Below, piece after piece: positions 43,393-52,750 of a stretch of 64,000 nucleotides of DNA (the first letter of the stretch is position 1; each line of letters begins with the position of its first letter). Origin of the DNA: Minisyncoccota bacterium (GTDB lineage Bacteria > Patescibacteriota > Minisyncoccia > Phycocordibacterales > VMEP01); NCBI GenBank assembly GCA_041659085.1, contig JBAZYZ010000001.1, positions 4,884 to 68,883 of the forward strand, in the 5' to 3' direction. Position numbers and translations under genes: made by a program. The notes below the pieces were generated by a model. That model saw only the letters and a list, made by a program, of their open reading frames with translations, did not search any database and had not been told where the DNA came from.

Positions 43393-44403
43393 ATGCCAAA
43401 AACCGCAAAAAAATACAAAAAGATTTTAGTGACAGGGACGGCCGGTTTTATCGGATTTCACCTTGCCAAGGAGCTGCTTAGAGACAAGGACTGCGAGGTT
43501 GTTGGCATCGACAGCATAACCGACTATTACGATGTCCGTATGAAGCAAAAACGTAATGAGGTTTTGAAAAAATACTCCAATTACACATTCTATAAAGTTA
43601 ACCTGGCTGATTATAAAAAACTTGAAAATATAATCAAAAAAGAGAAGCCGGAGGCTATAATCCATCTGGCGGCCCAGGCAGGAGTCAGGTATTCTCTTAC
43701 CAACCCGTGGGCTTACGAACAGTCAAACTATTTAGGGACACTCAATATTTTTGAGGCATCGAAAAATTTCGGCATCAAACGTGTGCTGTTTGCTTCCTCA
43801 AGTTCGGTTTACGGTTCCAACAAAAAAGTTCCATTTAGTGAGAAAGACATAGTTGACCACCCTATTTCAATTTATGCCGCATCCAAAAAGGCCAACGAAG
43901 TTCTTGCCCATTCATACCACCATCTTTACGGCACAGAAACTGCCGGCATGAGATTCTTTACAGTCTATGGCGAATATGGCCGGCCGGACTTGGCTCTTTT
44001 CAAGTTCACTAAAAATATTCTGCTTGATAAGCCTATTGATGTCTATAACGGCGGCAAGATGATGAGGGACTTTACGTATGTTGACGATATTGTTGCCGGG
44101 ATTATCGGGATACTGAACAAGAGGGATTTAAAGTACGAGATTTACAATTTGGGAGGCGACAACCCCGTGTCTCTTATGGGGTTCATAAGACTGATTGAAA
44201 AATTTTTGGGAAAGAAAGCTAAAATCAATTTTATGCCGCTTCAGCCGGGGGATGTGACAAAAACGATGGCGGATATATCAAAAGCCAAAAAAGAAATAGG
44301 ATTTGAACCAAAAACGCGGATAGAGGATGGTACCGAGAAATTCATCCGCTGGTTTCTGGAGAATAAGAACTGGCTTCTTAAGCTGGAAGACCCCAAGCAG
44401 TAG
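43393..44403 (+). CDS. NAD-dependent epimerase/dehydratase (UDP-glucuronate/UDP-sugar 4-epimerase-like)
   Basis: 'ILVTGTAGFIGFHLAKELL'; 'YAASKKANE' Y-x3-K; extended SDR length. Confidence 0.75.
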   Translation: MPKTAKKYKKILVTGTAGFIGFHLAKELLRDKDCEVVGIDSITDYYDVRMKQKRNEVLKKYSNYTFYKVNLADYKKLENIIKKEKPEAIIHLAAQAGVRYSLTNPWAYEQSNYLGTLNIFEASKNFGIKRVLFASSSSVYGSNKKVPFSEKDIVDHPISIYAASKKANEVLAHSYHHLYGTETAGMRFFTVYGEYGRPDLALFKFTKNILLDKPIDVYNGGKMMRDFTYVDDIVAGIIGILNKRDLKYEIYNLGGDNPVSLMGFIRLIEKFLGKKAKINFMPLQPGDVTKTMADISKAKKEIGFEPKTRIEDGTEKFIRWFLENKNWLLKLEDPKQ

Positions 44404-44461
44404 GTTTTCTAAGGGAAATGCCGGTTTGGCAAAAACGTTTGATTTAATTACAATAGCCCCC

Positions 44462-45304
44462 ATGGATAAAAATAAAAAAATTGGTTTTATCGGTCAGGGA
44501 TATATAGGCAAAAACTACGCCGACGATTTTGAGAAACGCGGCTATTCGGTTGTGCGCTATGCTTTAGAAGAACCTCATATTTCAAACAAAGAGAAGATCG
44601 CGGAATGTGACATTGTGTTTATCGCCGTGCCGACCCCGACAACTCCGGAAGGATTTGACGACCATATCGTTGACGAGGCCATTAATCTTGTTGGCGCTGG
44701 CAAAATTGCCGTGATTAAGTCCACGGTTCTTCCGGGCACTACGGAGAAACTTCAAAGGGCGCATAGCGGTGTCTTGGTATTAAATTCGCCGGAATTTCTT
44801 TCGGAAGCGACAGCGGCGCATGATGCGGCTCATCCGGCGCAAAATATTATCGGCATTCCCGAGGACACGGCCGGGCATCGCGAAGCCGCGGAGCTTGTCT
44901 TGTCTATTTTGCCGGAAACACAGAGTTCGCTCGTGTGTAAAAGCGCCGAATCCGAGCTTTTCAAGTACGCGCATAACATGAGCGGCTATGTGCAGATTGT
45001 GCTGTTTAATATTATTTATGATTTGGCGCAAAAATTAGGCTGTGACTGGGAGCCTATTCAGAAAGCGATTGAAGCGGACCCGCTTATTTCCAACCGATAC
45101 GCGCGGCCGATTCACAAAAGCGGAAGGGGCGCAGGAGGTCACTGTTTTATAAAAGATTTTGAAGCTTTTTCGAGCCTTTATCACAGCAAGATTGCTGACC
45201 CGCTCGGGGACAAGGTAATGGCCGCTTTGAGGGAGAAAAATATTGATTTGCTGAAAAAGAGCGGCAAAGATTTGGATTTATTGAAAGGAGTTTATGGCAA
45301 TTAG
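44462..45304 (+). CDS. UDP-glucose/GDP-mannose dehydrogenase family protein (short form, 280 aa)
   Basis: N-terminal 'KIGFIGQGYIGKNYA' Rossmann motif; 'GRGAGGHCFIKDFEAF' resembling the UGDH catalytic Cys motif GFGGSCFPKD. Confidence 0.55.
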   Translation: MDKNKKIGFIGQGYIGKNYADDFEKRGYSVVRYALEEPHISNKEKIAECDIVFIAVPTPTTPEGFDDHIVDEAINLVGAGKIAVIKSTVLPGTTEKLQRAHSGVLVLNSPEFLSEATAAHDAAHPAQNIIGIPEDTAGHREAAELVLSILPETQSSLVCKSAESELFKYAHNMSGYVQIVLFNIIYDLAQKLGCDWEPIQKAIEADPLISNRYARPIHKSGRGAGGHCFIKDFEAFSSLYHSKIADPLGDKVMAALREKNIDLLKKSGKDLDLLKGVYGN

Positions 45305-46349
45305 ATTATTAATCATTACGCAAAAAGTCGATAGGAATGATCCTATATTGGGATTTTTTCACAGGTGGATAGAAGAATTTTCAAAGAGTTGCGAAAAAAT
45401 AACGGTAATTTGTTTGGGGGAAGGCGAGTACAGCCTGCCGGGTAATATAAAAGTTTTATCTCTGGGAAAAGAAGGAGGTGTGTCTGGCTTCGTATACCTG
45501 TTTCGTTTTTATAAATATATTTTCGAGGAGCGCAAAAATTATGATGTTGTTTTTGTGCACATGAATCAGGAGTACGTTTTACTGGGCGGGCTACCCTGGC
45601 AATTTATGGGAAAGAAAATAATGATGTGGAGAAACCATCCGGGTGGGGGTTTTTTAACGGATATGGCTGTGTTTTTGTCCAACAAGGTTTTCTGCACTTC
45701 AAATCAATCATATACTGCGCGTTTCAAGAAAACACAAATCATGCCGGTTGGTATAGACACATCATTTTTTACCGATAAAAAGGGTGAAAGAATTAAAAAT
45801 TCCCTACTTATTCTCGGCAGAATTGCCCCGGTAAAAAAACAGGAACTTATTATTGACGCGCTTAAAATATTGCGCGAGAAAGGAACCTCTTTTACTGCCC
45901 ATTTTATTGGGGACGCTCTTCCAAAGGACTCTGATTATTATGATATGCTCCAAAAGAAGGCGTCCGAGGCTAGCATGTCGGAATCGGTTTCTTTTAAGAA
46001 GTCTGTTTCAAACATGGAGACACCGGATATTTACAATAAGTTTGAAATATTTATCAATGCCACGCCAAGCGGCAGTTTGGACAAAACAATTTTTGAGGCA
46101 ATGGCCTGCGGGGCGTTACCCATGACTTCCAATAAAAGTCTCATTGGGGTTATTGACCAGCGGTCTATTTTTGAAGAAGACAACGCCAATGATCTGGCGG
46201 AAAAGATAAAAGAGTTATTTATTCTGAATGACGAGGAGAAAAATATTTACCGCATAAAGAACCGCGATTTTGTTGTTGACGATCATTCCCTGAAGAGTCT
46301 TGTGGAAAAAGTTGTTTTATACTGCGAAGAGAATGATTTACAAAAATAA
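45294..46349 (+). CDS. glycosyltransferase (GT4/GT1-like)
   Basis: C-terminal 'FINATPSGSLDKTIFEAMACGALPMTS' GT-B fold motif. Confidence 0.65.
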   Translation: MAIRLLIITQKVDRNDPILGFFHRWIEEFSKSCEKITVICLGEGEYSLPGNIKVLSLGKEGGVSGFVYLFRFYKYIFEERKNYDVVFVHMNQEYVLLGGLPWQFMGKKIMMWRNHPGGGFLTDMAVFLSNKVFCTSNQSYTARFKKTQIMPVGIDTSFFTDKKGERIKNSLLILGRIAPVKKQELIIDALKILREKGTSFTAHFIGDALPKDSDYYDMLQKKASEASMSESVSFKKSVSNMETPDIYNKFEIFINATPSGSLDKTIFEAMACGALPMTSNKSLIGVIDQRSIFEEDNANDLAEKIKELFILNDEEKNIYRIKNRDFVVDDHSLKSLVEKVVLYCEENDLQK

Positions 46350-46989
46350 AAAGGAACTGATAGGAACCCTGGTAAACTCAAAGGATACAATTCTTGATGT
46401 TGGGTTTTGGGGGCAGGGTCAGACTATTGATAATCCGAAATGGCCGCATCGTTTTATTTTGGAGAAAGCTGGAGGCGCATATACGTATGGTTTAGACGTG
46501 GATTTTGACGAAGGAAAGCTGGGGAAGATAAATGACATTTCTCATTACAAAAAGGGAAGTGCGGAAGATTTCCAAATAAGCCTAAAATTTGATGTTATTT
46601 TTGCTGCTGACCTAATTGAGCATTTGTCCAACCCCGGATTATTTCTCAAGTCTTGTCGCGATAATCTAAAGGATGGCGGCAGTTTGGTTATTACAACCCC
46701 GAATTGTTTTAGCCTTTTCAATATTGCCGAAAAACTGACAAAAACCGAGCCTACGGTTAATTCCGACCATACTATGTATTTCAATTCAAAAACACTAAGA
46801 ACTCTGTTCGCGAAAAATGACTGGAGTATTGTTTCGATGGATTACTTATACAGTCTTGATACAGGCTACGTGGAAAGTTGGAAAAAGAAATTTTTGAATG
46901 CTATTTACCACGCACTTTCTTGGTATACGCCCAAATATATTGAAACATTGGTTATTGTGGCTAAGCCGGATAATCTGGCTAAGGGGTAG
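46333..46989 (+). CDS. class I SAM-dependent methyltransferase
   Basis: 'ILDVGFWGQGQ' motif I variant; 'DVIFAADLIEHLSNP'; 'GGSLVITTPN'. Confidence 0.65.
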   Translation: MIYKNKKELIGTLVNSKDTILDVGFWGQGQTIDNPKWPHRFILEKAGGAYTYGLDVDFDEGKLGKINDISHYKKGSAEDFQISLKFDVIFAADLIEHLSNPGLFLKSCRDNLKDGGSLVITTPNCFSLFNIAEKLTKTEPTVNSDHTMYFNSKTLRTLFAKNDWSIVSMDYLYSLDTGYVESWKKKFLNAIYHALSWYTPKYIETLVIVAKPDNLAKG

Positions 46990-47034
46990 ACGATGGAGAT
47001 TCCTTGTTGGTCATTTTTTGAGTAAGATTATGTG

Positions 47035-47712
47035 ATGAATAGAACTGAAAAAAGATTTGAAAATGCTGTCATATCAAAAACATTCCGAAAGATTGTAAGT
47101 ACTTTTGAATTGGGACACAAAGAGGTGTTAGATCTCGGTTGCGGTTTTGGGGAACATCTGTCGTTATTTGGCGATGGTAGTATCGGCGTGACGACAAACA
47201 TGAAAGAAGTTAATGAAGGTAAGGATAGGGGATTATCAATTATTTATGGAAATATCGAGGAGCTTGAAAAACTTCATATTAAAGATAGTTTTGATATTAT
47301 TTGGGCTAATAACTTTTTTGAGCATATTTTGTCCCCGCACGCTTTTTTGGCAAAACTTAGGGGTGTTGCCGGAAGTGACACCAAATTAATTTTAGGTGTC
47401 CCGGTGATACCGCCACTCCAATCGCTGCTTATTTTCTCCAAATTCCGCGGAGCGCTCGCCAGTAATCATATAAATTTTTTCAACAGAAAAACTCTTTTGC
47501 TTACGGTATTGCGCGCGGGATGGCATATCAATGACGTCCGTCCGTTTATATCGGGCTTTGCTCCGCTCGACAGATTTCTTGGTTTATTTGCCCCCCATCT
47601 GTATATAGTCGCGCGTAAGAATGAATCATTTTTATATCCGGAAAAGAAATTGCAGGAATGGAAGGGGGTTGATTACTACGCCTCATTTCTTAAGGACACA
47701 GGACAATTATGA
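47035..47712 (+). CDS. class I SAM-dependent methyltransferase
   Basis: '[12 protein letters not shown]' motif I; '[13 protein letters not shown]'. Confidence 0.7.
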   Translation: MNRTEKRFENAVISKTFRKIVSTFELGHKEVLDLGCGFGEHLSLFGDGSIGVTTNMKEVNEGKDRGLSIIYGNIEELEKLHIKDSFDIIWANNFFEHILSPHAFLAKLRGVAGSDTKLILGVPVIPPLQSLLIFSKFRGALASNHINFFNRKTLLLTVLRAGWHINDVRPFISGFAPLDRFLGLFAPHLYIVARKNESFLYPEKKLQEWKGVDYYASFLKDTGQL

Positions 47713-48845
47713 ATAGAAAGCTGATTTACATCGCCAATATAAGATTACCGACGGAAAAAGCGCACGGCATTCAGATAATGAAAACCTGCGAAGCTTTTGC
47801 TCGTGCGGGTTTACGGGTTGAACTTGTCGTACCGTGGCGGAATAATGAAATAAAAGACAGCCCGTTTGATTATTACGTAGTAGAAAAGATTTTTGGTATC
47901 CGCCGGATTTTTTCTCTTGACTTGGTTTCATTTGGGAAAATTGGTTTTTTGATACAGCTGGCGACTTTTTCCGTCGCGGTTCTTTGGAAAATCTATTTTG
48001 GGCGTGACAAAAATCAGCAGACGTTTTTTTATTCCCGCGACGAACTCCCTCTTTTCTTACTGTCGCTTTTCCCGTCGCTACGAAACCACATTGTTTGGGA
48101 AGCTCATATGGGACATATGAATATGTTTATATACACTCTTATCAAGCGTCATGTTCCGGTCGTGGCTATTTCCAATGGACTTATGGAATTGTATCGTTCT
48201 TGCGGGGCAAAAAATATTTTGGTTGCTCCTGACGGCGTGGATTTGGGGCAATTTAGTGTTAAGGAAAATAAAAAAGAAGCCAGGGCGGAGCTTGATTTAC
48301 CGGAAGACAAACATATTGTTTTGTACACAGGTCATCTTTATGTGCGGAAGGGGGTTGATACGCTGGCGCAGGCTGTTTCTAAGCTTAGCGATGACACCTG
48401 CGTTGTTTTTGTGGGAGGGACAAAAAAGGACACAGAATCATTCAAAAGTAAGTATGGAGATATAGAGAATATAATGATTCTGGGAGGTAAGCCCCATAGT
48501 GAAATTCCCATGTACCTTCGAGCCGCCGATGTATTGATTATCCCGAATAGCGCCAAAGAAGAAGACTCGCGACTCTATACTTCACCGATGAAGCTTTTTG
48601 AATATATGGCAAGCGGTGTTCCCATTGTTGCTTCTAATCTGCCGTCGCTTAGGGAGGTTTTGAATGAAGAAAATGCTATATTGGTGCAGCCGGATAGTCC
48701 GGCGGATTTAGCTGACGGCATAGTTTCTGTTTTTAGCGATGAAAAAAAATCTGCGATATTGGCAGAGAAAGCCCTAGAGGACGTCCTCCGATACAGTTGG
48801 GCAAAACGGGCGGAAGCGATTATAAGTTTCATATATACCAATTGA
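47709..48845 (+). CDS. glycosyltransferase family 4
   Basis: '[32 protein letters not shown]'. Confidence 0.8.
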   Translation: MNRKLIYIANIRLPTEKAHGIQIMKTCEAFARAGLRVELVVPWRNNEIKDSPFDYYVVEKIFGIRRIFSLDLVSFGKIGFLIQLATFSVAVLWKIYFGRDKNQQTFFYSRDELPLFLLSLFPSLRNHIVWEAHMGHMNMFIYTLIKRHVPVVAISNGLMELYRSCGAKNILVAPDGVDLGQFSVKENKKEARAELDLPEDKHIVLYTGHLYVRKGVDTLAQAVSKLSDDTCVVFVGGTKKDTESFKSKYGDIENIMILGGKPHSEIPMYLRAADVLIIPNSAKEEDSRLYTSPMKLFEYMASGVPIVASNLPSLREVLNEENAILVQPDSPADLADGIVSVFSDEKKSAILAEKALEDVLRYSWAKRAEAIISFIYTN

Positions 48846-48877
48846 ATTTAAAAATAAAAATCAAAAATTTTTTTCTT

Positions 48878-49258
48878 ATGCTCATGAGCTGGTATTTTCT
48901 GAAAAGTGTAATTTCAGGAGGAACCACGGCTCTTGTTGACCTATCTCTATTGTTTGTTTTTCGGGAGATACTACACGTGTCTTATTGGTTATCAGTCAAC
49001 ACTTCTTTTGCCGTTGCCATCGCAGTTAATTTTTCCCTTCAGAAATTCTGGACCTTTTCCAATAAAGATTTAGATTCTGCGCACAAACAATTTATTAAGT
49101 TTTTTCTGTTGGCGATGGGGAATATGGCTATGAATAGTTTGCTTATGTATGTGTTGTCAATCGTGTTTGGCCTTTGGTATCTCGGGGCGCAAGTTATTAC
49201 AATAGGTACGTTGGCAATAGTAAATTTTGTCTTGTACAGGAATTTTGTTTTCAAATAG
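48878..49258 (+). CDS. GtrA-family membrane protein (polyprenyl-P-sugar translocation)
   Basis: 126 aa; 4 TM helices; 'ISGGTTALVDLSLLFVF...VNFSLQKFWTFS' GtrA-like signature; immediately upstream of the GtrB/ArnC-like GT2. Confidence 0.7.
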   Translation: MLMSWYFLKSVISGGTTALVDLSLLFVFREILHVSYWLSVNTSFAVAIAVNFSLQKFWTFSNKDLDSAHKQFIKFFLLAMGNMAMNSLLMYVLSIVFGLWYLGAQVITIGTLAIVNFVLYRNFVFK

Positions 49259-49321
49259 ACATTTCCTCCGCTCCTATTTTTAGTTTTTGCCGTATTTCTC
49301 CGCTTCTGATAGAATTCTGCC

Positions 49322-50263
49322 ATGAAGCTATCGGTCATTATCCCCGTCTATAATGAAGAAGAGAACATAAAAAAGCTACACAGGGAGCTTGTTTCTGTCA
49401 TGGGTGACATCAAACTTTCTTATGAGATTATTTGGGTCAACGACGGTTCCAAAGACGCTAGTCTGGCGGTGCTTGAGGAAATAGCAAAGATTGATGCGAA
49501 TTCAAAGATTATAGATTTTGCGCGAAATTTCGGACAGACTGCCGCAATGTCGGCCGGTATTAAGCAGGCGACGGGAGACATTATTATACCGATGGACGCC
49601 GATTTGCAGAATGACCCGGTTGATATTCCTAAGTTTTTAAAAAAGATTGAAGAGGGCTACGACGTAGTTTCTGGCTGGCGCAAGAATCGCAAGGACGCCC
49701 TTCTCTTAAGAAAGGTTCCTTCATGGATTGCAAATTCAATTATCGCCGCCATTACCGGTGTGCGTATTCATGATTACGGATGTTCAATGAAAGCTTATAG
49801 GCGAGATATTATCCAGGGAATTATTCTTTATGGAGAGATGCATCGTTTTATTCCGGCATACGTGGGTTGGCATGGAGGCAAGGTGACCGAGATTGTGGTC
49901 AATCATCGCCCGCGTATTCACGGAGAGACTAAGTACGGAATTTCGCGTACCTTCCGCGTAATTCTTGACCTCATTTTAATAAAATTCCTTTCAAAGTATA
50001 TGAATCGCCCCATTCATTTTTTTGGGGGGATAGGTTTTATGTCTCTGGCTCTTGGCGGGATAGCCGCTATCGCCGCGGTTTACCTGAAGTTGTTTAATTC
50101 GATATCCTTTATCACGACTCCGTTGCCTATCTTTTCGGCAATGCTGGTGATCGTCGGCGTGCAGCTTATTGCCATGGGCGTTATAGCGGAAATGCTTATG
50201 CGCGTCTACTATGAGTCGCAGGGGAAACAGCCTTATTCCATTAAGAAGACCATGAACACCTAA
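49322..50263 (+). CDS. GT2 polyprenyl-phosphate glycosyltransferase (ArnC/GtrB/DPM1-like)
   Basis: 'LSVIIPVYNEEENI', 'WVNDGSKD', 'IIPMDADLQNDP' DxD; two C-terminal TM helices. Confidence 0.85.
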   Translation: MKLSVIIPVYNEEENIKKLHRELVSVMGDIKLSYEIIWVNDGSKDASLAVLEEIAKIDANSKIIDFARNFGQTAAMSAGIKQATGDIIIPMDADLQNDPVDIPKFLKKIEEGYDVVSGWRKNRKDALLLRKVPSWIANSIIAAITGVRIHDYGCSMKAYRRDIIQGIILYGEMHRFIPAYVGWHGGKVTEIVVNHRPRIHGETKYGISRTFRVILDLILIKFLSKYMNRPIHFFGGIGFMSLALGGIAAIAAVYLKLFNSISFITTPLPIFSAMLVIVGVQLIAMGVIAEMLMRVYYESQGKQPYSIKKTMNT

Positions 50264-50267
50264 AGGT

Positions 50268-52157
50268 ATGTGCGGTATAGCGGGATATTCAGGGGAGGGG
50301 GATACTCTTATTCTAAAGAAAATGGCGGATACGCTGCGCCATCGTGGGCCTGATGATGAGGGATACTACTCTGATGGACGCGTGGGGTTGGCTCACAGGC
50401 GTCTTTCCATTATAGATTTAAGCCCCGCCGGACATCAGCCGATGACGGTGGAAAAAGGAGATATCCAGGTTGTTTTCAATGGGGAGATTTATAATTTTGG
50501 GGATTTAAGGAAGGGCCTTGAGTCTCGACATAAGTTTACGGGCCATTCAGATACTGAAGTCATAGCTCATCTGTACGAAGAAACCGGCGAAAAAGTCTTT
50601 TCAAAAATAGACGGGATGTTCGCGATTGCCATTTATGACAAAACCCGCAGTAAACTTTTTTTGGCGCGAGACCGCATGGGCAAGAAGCCGCTTTATTACG
50701 GAATATTTGACGGTACCCTGATCTTTGGATCCGAATTGAAAGCTCTGATGGTTCATCCGAAATTTGAAAAAGAGCTTGATATAGTTTCCTTAAACAAATA
50801 TCTCCAATACGAATACATACCGACACCCCATACCATGTTTAAAAATGTCTGGAAGCTTGAGCCTGGACACTATGCTTCGTATGACGGCACAGTACTTACT
50901 AAGACTAAATTTTGGGAGATATCTTTCGTGGGGAAAGAAATAGAAGCTCCTTCGCTTAAGGATTCACTCGAGCGTCTGGACACGCTGCTTTATAATGCCG
51001 TGAAAAAACGCATGGTAAGCGATGTTCCGCTTGGCATTTTTCTGAGCGGCGGGATTGATTCAAGCACCATCGCTTATTACGCGCAAAGAATAGCCCGCGA
51101 AAACGGAGCAAAACCGGTTAAAACATTTTCCATAGGCTTCAGCGAAGGCAGTTTTGACGAATCCGCTTATGCTCGTCAGGTATCAAAATATTTGGGTACC
51201 GAGCACGAGGAGAAGATTCTAAGCGCCAAGGATTCACTCTCACTTATACCGGACATAGCGGATTTTCTGGACGAGCCCCTTGCCGACGCGTCTATTATTC
51301 CGACTTATTTGCTCTCGCGCTTTACGCGTGAACACGTGACGGTTGCTTTAGGCGGCGACGGGGGAGACGAGCTCTTGTGCGGTTACGATACGTTTCTTGC
51401 TCACAGGCTTGCGGATATTTACGAAAAAATTCCCGAGTTTATGCGAAAGGATATTTTTGAAAAACTGATTCCGCTTCTGCCGGTTTCGCAAAGAAATATG
51501 AGCTTTGATTTCAAGGCAAAGAAATTTATCGCCGGTTTTTACGGTGATAAAAAATATCGCAATCAGAGATGGCTGGGTGCTTTTGATAAGTCAGAGCGCG
51601 CAGAGCTTTTTTCGAGTGAGGTTTGGAGAGGGCTTGAGGGGGCTAATGAGTTTGATGACATAGATCGCTACTTGGCGGAATGTCCGAGCGATGATTACTA
51701 TAACCAGCTTATGTTTATGTATCTCCGCACCTATATGATGGACGATATTTTAGTGAAGGTTGACCGGGCCAGTATGTACAACTCTCTTGAGGTGCGCGCG
51801 CCGTTTCTGGACACGGAGGTTGTTAATTTTCTCGTCAAACAACCCCTGTCATTTAAGTTGCGCGGTCTTACTACCAAGTATCTTCTGAAGCAACTCATGG
51901 AAGATAAGTTACCTAGTGAAATAGTGTATCGCAATAAAAAAGGTTTTGGGATACCGCTTACAGAGTGGCTCAAAGGGGAGTTGAAACCTCTTGTTAAAGA
52001 GACATTAAGCGAGGAAAGCATTAAAAATCAAGGTTTGTTTAATATGGAGTATATTGATAAGCTTAAAAAAGAACACTTCTCCGGCCAGAAGGACAACAGG
52101 AAACAGTTATGGGCGCTCATGGTTTTCTCCTTATGGCACAAAAAGTGGATGGAATAA
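50268..52157 (+). CDS. asparagine synthetase B-family glutamine amidotransferase (possible sugar-uronate amidotransferase, WbpS-like)
   Basis: N-terminal 'MCGIAGY' Ntn nucleophile; 'SGGIDSS' PP-loop. Confidence 0.85.
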   Translation: MCGIAGYSGEGDTLILKKMADTLRHRGPDDEGYYSDGRVGLAHRRLSIIDLSPAGHQPMTVEKGDIQVVFNGEIYNFGDLRKGLESRHKFTGHSDTEVIAHLYEETGEKVFSKIDGMFAIAIYDKTRSKLFLARDRMGKKPLYYGIFDGTLIFGSELKALMVHPKFEKELDIVSLNKYLQYEYIPTPHTMFKNVWKLEPGHYASYDGTVLTKTKFWEISFVGKEIEAPSLKDSLERLDTLLYNAVKKRMVSDVPLGIFLSGGIDSSTIAYYAQRIARENGAKPVKTFSIGFSEGSFDESAYARQVSKYLGTEHEEKILSAKDSLSLIPDIADFLDEPLADASIIPTYLLSRFTREHVTVALGGDGGDELLCGYDTFLAHRLADIYEKIPEFMRKDIFEKLIPLLPVSQRNMSFDFKAKKFIAGFYGDKKYRNQRWLGAFDKSERAELFSSEVWRGLEGANEFDDIDRYLAECPSDDYYNQLMFMYLRTYMMDDILVKVDRASMYNSLEVRAPFLDTEVVNFLVKQPLSFKLRGLTTKYLLKQLMEDKLPSEIVYRNKKGFGIPLTEWLKGELKPLVKETLSEESIKNQGLFNMEYIDKLKKEHFSGQKDNRKQLWALMVFSLWHKKWME

Positions 52158-52168
52158 TTACGAACATT

Positions 52169-52741
52169 ATGAAAGAAAATATGAAAAAATTGAATCTCGG
52201 ATGCGGAGTTTCCAGAAAAGAAGGGTACGTAAATATTGATTGGCAAAAAGAGACCAATCCTGACGTTGTGCATAATTTGAATGTTTTCCCCTATCCTTTT
52301 CCTGACGATTTTTTTGATTCCATTGAGGCCTCTCATATACTTGAACATTTAAACAGTCCGTTTGATGTTATGAGGGAGTTGCGCAGGATTTTAAAAAAGG
52401 GAGGATCTTTGTATATTAAAGTTCCTCATTTCAGCCGCGGATTTACTCACGCGGAGCACACCCACGGATTTGATGTTACTTTTCCTCTTTATTTCAACAA
52501 AAATTTTACCAAATCGGGATTTTTCGGTGTCGAATTTGATTTAGACATGATGAAACTCCACTGGCTGGCGTTTTTCCATCTGATGCCGTATATGGGCTAT
52601 GGCAGTACCACTATATTTATATTGAGGATAATGAATTCCGTCGTCTCTTTTTTTGCGAATCTTTCCCCGGCCTTTGCGAGCAGAATTTGGTGCTTTTGGG
52701 TCGGCGGTTTTGATGAGGTGGAATTCTGGTTCCATAAGTAA
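52169..52741 (+). CDS. class I SAM-dependent methyltransferase (type 11-like)
   Basis: 'KLNLGCGVSRKEGYVNID'; 'GGSLYIKVPH'. Confidence 0.65.
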   Translation: MKENMKKLNLGCGVSRKEGYVNIDWQKETNPDVVHNLNVFPYPFPDDFFDSIEASHILEHLNSPFDVMRELRRILKKGGSLYIKVPHFSRGFTHAEHTHGFDVTFPLYFNKNFTKSGFFGVEFDLDMMKLHWLAFFHLMPYMGYGSTTIFILRIMNSVVSFFANLSPAFASRIWCFWVGGFDEVEFWFHK

Positions 52742-52750
52742 AATATCCCC